A stretch of DNA of 57,396 nucleotides, the filler included, from Basidiobolus ranarum (Eukaryota), in the NCBI GenBank assembly GCA_040143965.1. It is 7 parts of 7 records of this genome, joined end to end, with 100 filler letters (N's around TTAATTAATTAA, not from the genome) between each part and the next. Parts side by side here need not be neighbours in the genome. Positions count along the whole stretch, not along the records: positions 49,300 to 57,396 come from JASJQH010001020.1; 6 more parts are not named here. One strand, given 5' to 3'. Numbering within the stretch: the first letter of the stretch is position 1; every line of letters begins with the position of its first letter. This document shows, piece after piece, positions 53,225-57,396 of this stretch. Both the position numbers and the translations under genes were made by a program. The notes beneath the pieces are model-generated. The model worked only from the letters and a program-made list of their open reading frames with translations, was not told the DNA's origin and made no database searches.

Positions 53225-55649
53225 CAGACGAGGGACAGCAATATTTTGGTTTATAGAAAAGAGAAGGTAGTGGGTATTAAAGATATTAAATCAAGTGAAC
53301 AGAAAACCAAATGTCAGAGCCTTAGTTATATTATATTTGTCAATAGACAATATACCAACGAATAAATTTATTTGTAAACTGATACAACTGATAGTGAAAG
53401 CAAAATCATAATCATCCAGATGTTCGATCGATTTTTTATCATCGCATTTACAAATTCAACTATAAAATTTTCAATACCTTTATGAAACCTACATAAACAT
53501 TGTCTTCAGAGAATAAAGAAAGAGATGTTCATAAGCATATGATACTGTGTTTCCGCACTTGGAAATAGGTTAATTTCGCTACCATTGGGATTAGATCCTA
53601 CCAGTTGATCATAATGGTGCTTTAGGGTAAAGAGATCGATCTAGTTTGTCAAAAGGAATTTATCCAATTCCGAGAATTGCACAATCAAGCCATCGTGAGC
53701 ATATTTCAGTGTTAGGAGACTTCGAGAAGTGGGACTTTATGCACTCGAGCCGAATTCTTATCTTGATCCGATAATATCAAAGTAATAATAAATATTAAAT
53801 TCTTCTCAGTCAATCCGATAACCTCCTTATTACGGAATTGGGCGTAATCTTCAGCAAGGTAGCTGTGACCTATACTTATACTTTTTTGTTTCTGAATACA
53901 ATAAAGTGGAAACTCCACATAGGGTGGACGTAGAAGCCAACACTTCTTAATGCTAGTTTGCACCCATTGCTGAAGCTTCGTATGATAGTGGTAAGCGGGA
54001 AATGAGCCTACGTACTTTAGACATCAGTTAGTTCGGGAAGGAATCTTTTGAGTGTAGCTTATCTTTAGAATCGGTATAGCATATTCAATTTACCTCAGTG
54101 ATCGGAATGACTGCTTCTTTGAGGCCAACCAGATACACGAATTTCGTGTTTCATATGATACCGTATACATAGCATGGTAGAGTGGTACAAGGGGACTATC
54201 TTTGAGTCAATGAAGGAGACAGGGTATATTGAGTTATTGTAACTTAGGGTTAGCAACATACACATTGGATCTTGATGACATGAGTTTGGATAAGCCACTA
54301 CTCTAATGGTAATGAAACCATCCAAAGCTAGTCACCAAATCAGAATAATTAAATCTATGCAGTTCTGCACGTGCCAAAGCATGATAAACATGTGAATCTT
54401 ATCTGGATTAATCTGTTTCTCACAGTGTATCTTGATATTCAATCAACATAGATAACTCATTTGTATCACTTTTCTTTATGATGAGTAGTTCTAGTGCTAC
54501 TTTATCTCACCTATACAAATGAACATGATTTCCAGATTTAAATCTGCAGCAAGAAGTAAATCTTCATGAAATAATCCCTTTGTTCGTTCTAAACACCTCA
54601 ACAATAAAGAGCTCATCAAGTAAAGCAAGACAAGCTGGGGCATCAAATAGTGCTTGACGCTTGGAAACAGGTAGAATTTAGGATACATCTATCCCTAGAT
54701 TCAATTGTAGAATTCAATAAACTGTACAATAAAGTTCAAAGAGGACTTTTGAATAATGCATGGTTGGTTCCTTGGTAATGCAATATGCTTAATTCTCGAC
54801 ACATGTAAGCTTAGTGTTTTAAATTTGTCTTTAAGATGGCAGTATTGTCTGTCCAGTTGAACAAGCGGATATATCAGTTATAATATTGCTTCTTTTGGGC
54901 CGAAGTGAGTGAGGATGGATCCAGACCTACTATTGAAAGTGTTTTATAAGAATAAAGAAAAGAGGCAGTATTTTGGCTATCGCTTGTCAAAACTACAAAG
55001 TTAACCAATATTGAAGCTCCAGATGGAGAGAGAATAATTCAAGAGAGTATCTGAATATAGCTCATGGGAGTCATAATTACTATCTTCCATCCTCAGCGCC
55101 ATTGCAGCGTGTATTCTTGTCTTTTATGCTAGTCAATATATTTAGGTAAATAGTACCGTTTGCTCAAATGATCCGACAATTATGTGCAAGGGGCTTGAAG
55201 AGATTCAACTGGGGATGTCTGTCAACAATGCGGTTGGTATGAAAAGAATATTGGGATTAGATGACTGGAAGTGAATCGGTATGTTTTTTACTAATAGAAT
55301 GCTATAGAGATCATATGCTCACGAATATCTTGAATAAGTTCAAGGATACTCGCCATATAATCAAGAAACTTAACATCAGTATAACATTGTTTTTAATATA
55401 TTTAGTCTGACTATCATTTGTAACTTTTAAGAGCATATTTCAGGATTATCTGGATACGTCTGCTTACTGTAAATCGACCAAACCTTGAATAAAATCAAAT
55501 TGTTATGTTGGTAACATCATGAAAATTCGACACTAACAAGAAACTCCTTATTTGTCCATCCATATTTTTAAGCCTCCCTTAACTCGCTACTAGTAATTGT
55601 ATTGGAAGCGACATTTGAACCCAGTGGTAGACAAGTAGTTCTCCAATGA

Positions 55650-56700
55650 AGAATATTTGGATCAGAGCTCTTACTTTATATCCAGATTTAGCATAATAAT
55701 GGTGTGAGAGGTAAAGCACCGCTACTGAAAGAAACATGCGTTTATGGTAAATCTTGCAACCAAAAAATCAAAACGAAGAGAGATCTTTATCCAAAGGTAG
55801 TTTGCGATTTCTTATAAAAATATCAATAATGATGATCAAGAGAGCTTTTATGGTAGTTTCATATATTCAACGAAAATACGAATTACCATCATAGATATTT
55901 GCCACTGCACTTCAAGCAAAAGCAACTACACTCTTACAAATTTGTCCAAGGATGGCATATCATTACTACACAAGCGATCATATTAGGTAAGAAACAAACT
56001 TTCTATTACTAGGTGCAATCGGCTTATACATGGAACTCAACATATTCCTTGGATTGATCACTGAGAAAGCTCGAAGTATCTTTCTTTATGTAATATTGAT
56101 AAATCCTAGCATCTGGCACCAACATCATTATCAGACTGATAATCCAGGTATATATCCCAAGAACTATCACCAATGATGGGATGCTCTAAAGGAATGATAT
56201 AACCGATTAAGAATAGTCACTAGAGTTCTCTCACAATTATCAAGATCGATATCTTTATAAGAATATGTCTACTTCACTGACTATCCTCTTACGGCATAAC
56301 TATGGACACTCATCTTTTCAATAAAGACCCCTTTGAGTTTCTGAAATCTCAGCTTTGGTAAAGCTAATCTTGGTGATAATCACCAAGCTAACTCTATGAG
56401 TACTAATCTACACTCCAGATGTAACAAGAATGTATCCTGTATTGAGTCGCATCAATCAAGGTCACGGTGAAGGCCCGGTCAAGGTGGTGGATGTCACCAT
56501 AGATATAACTATCTCCGCATCTTCTGGTGAAGTTACTACCAGCCATATTGAGACGAGGTAATAACGTAGTCAAGGTTGGAACAGGGCATCTACTTACCGA
56601 GCACCAAAAGACCGAGCGATGACCATGTACTTTATTTACAACTTGGCTAACAAAACACATTCAAGCAACCAGATTGCTCCTCTTGATGTTTTGGTTTGAT
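55650..56700 (+). pseudogene. possible heavily decayed rve-integrase relic
   Basis: Broken frames KKHAFMVNLATKKSK, NINNDDQESF, KDGI, NKLSITRCNRL...IPWIDH fall in the order expected for a DDE integrase core; many stops. Confidence 0.2.
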
Positions 56701-57396
56701 AATATACCATAAAATACGTATTTCTTTTGGTGAGTGTTCTTGTAGTTCAGAGCAAGATTATCTCAAGGATATCAAAGGATACAAAGTATGTGTGAGGTTT
56801 ACGAGATTGGGAATATGTGTTCTTAATTTCCTCGATTCATTTGTTGGCAATTTAGTTATATAAGGCAGATTGTTTCTTTGTGTGTGAGTGTATTTCCTTC
56901 ATTCACTTATTCTTGTGACTCTTTTATATCTCACTTCAGTATTACTCAGGTATGTGAAAGGCCCAAGTTCATATATTAACCACTCACTACCTGTCCGTAT
57001 GAAAATCTATAGGACATAGTATTTGATTCCCTTTGATATTTATGATACTATTAGCAATATTTTGAATTAGAGTAATCGTCAAACCTCCATAGATAGATAT
57101 TACTTATCAAATCCTTGATTAAAAATGCCTTACTTTCCACATTATTTTATCCGTGTAAAAGCTCCCCCTAGTTTATTTATTAGATATTGAGGTTTGTAAG
57201 GTGTATAGATATAATGGCTATACTTGAGCTTGTTAAAAGCTCAATTGAAGATAACTTGATTATGATAAACTCCGCCTTTTAATTTTGCTCAACAGACTCT
57301 GACGTTTTTTCATTGTTTCAAGTTTTCAATTAGTATCACTCCGTAATTATCTAGCATCACTAATTTAATTACGTATGTACCCAAAATCTATTGAAG

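Noticed and set aside
53280-53520. GATA sites upstream of the AreA-like gene (autoregulation)
   Set aside because: Only a few HGATAR hexamers, about what AT-rich sequence gives by chance.

Overview
Eukaryotic, AT-rich, intron-containing genomic DNA from a fungus. Short GT-AG introns of about 55-110 nt, Pkc1/Cla4/AreA homologues and a CBM18-CE4 chitin deacetylase point to an early-diverging lineage (Zoopagomycota or Mucoromycota, possibly Basidiobolus-like; the taxon is inferred, not verified). The window is seven contigs joined by six artificial 100-nt spacers (N44-TTAATTAATTAA-N44), so adjacency across spacers is uncertain and several genes are truncated. About 19 protein-coding genes are supported: a LEUNIG-like Q-rich WD40 protein, an ANK-DysF-FYVE-RING protein, lipin (3' part), a His-rich disordered protein, a twin-CX9C protein, two DPBB/expansin-like proteins, a CBM18-CE4 deacetylase, RPP1, PKC1, a CofD/YvcK-family protein, a bacterial-like MFS transporter, an orphan 7TM protein, RPL4 (5' part), an alpha-arrestin, a Cla4-type PAK, a CUE-domain protein, an Rtc5/TLDc-like protein and an AreA-like GATA factor. 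There are also decayed CACTA and LINE relics and tandem repeats. Most notable: (1) a fungal protein matching the plant LEUNIG corepressor WD40 domain; (2) a chitin-remodelling trio with a possible CE4-DPBB fusion; (3) an intron-bearing MFS gene that looks bacterial; (4) an AreA-type zinc finger with an atypical 18-residue loop; (5) a lipin acidic tail lying in frame behind a TAA. No tRNA, rRNA or CRISPR array was recognised. All family assignments come from motif recognition by eye; no database search was run.
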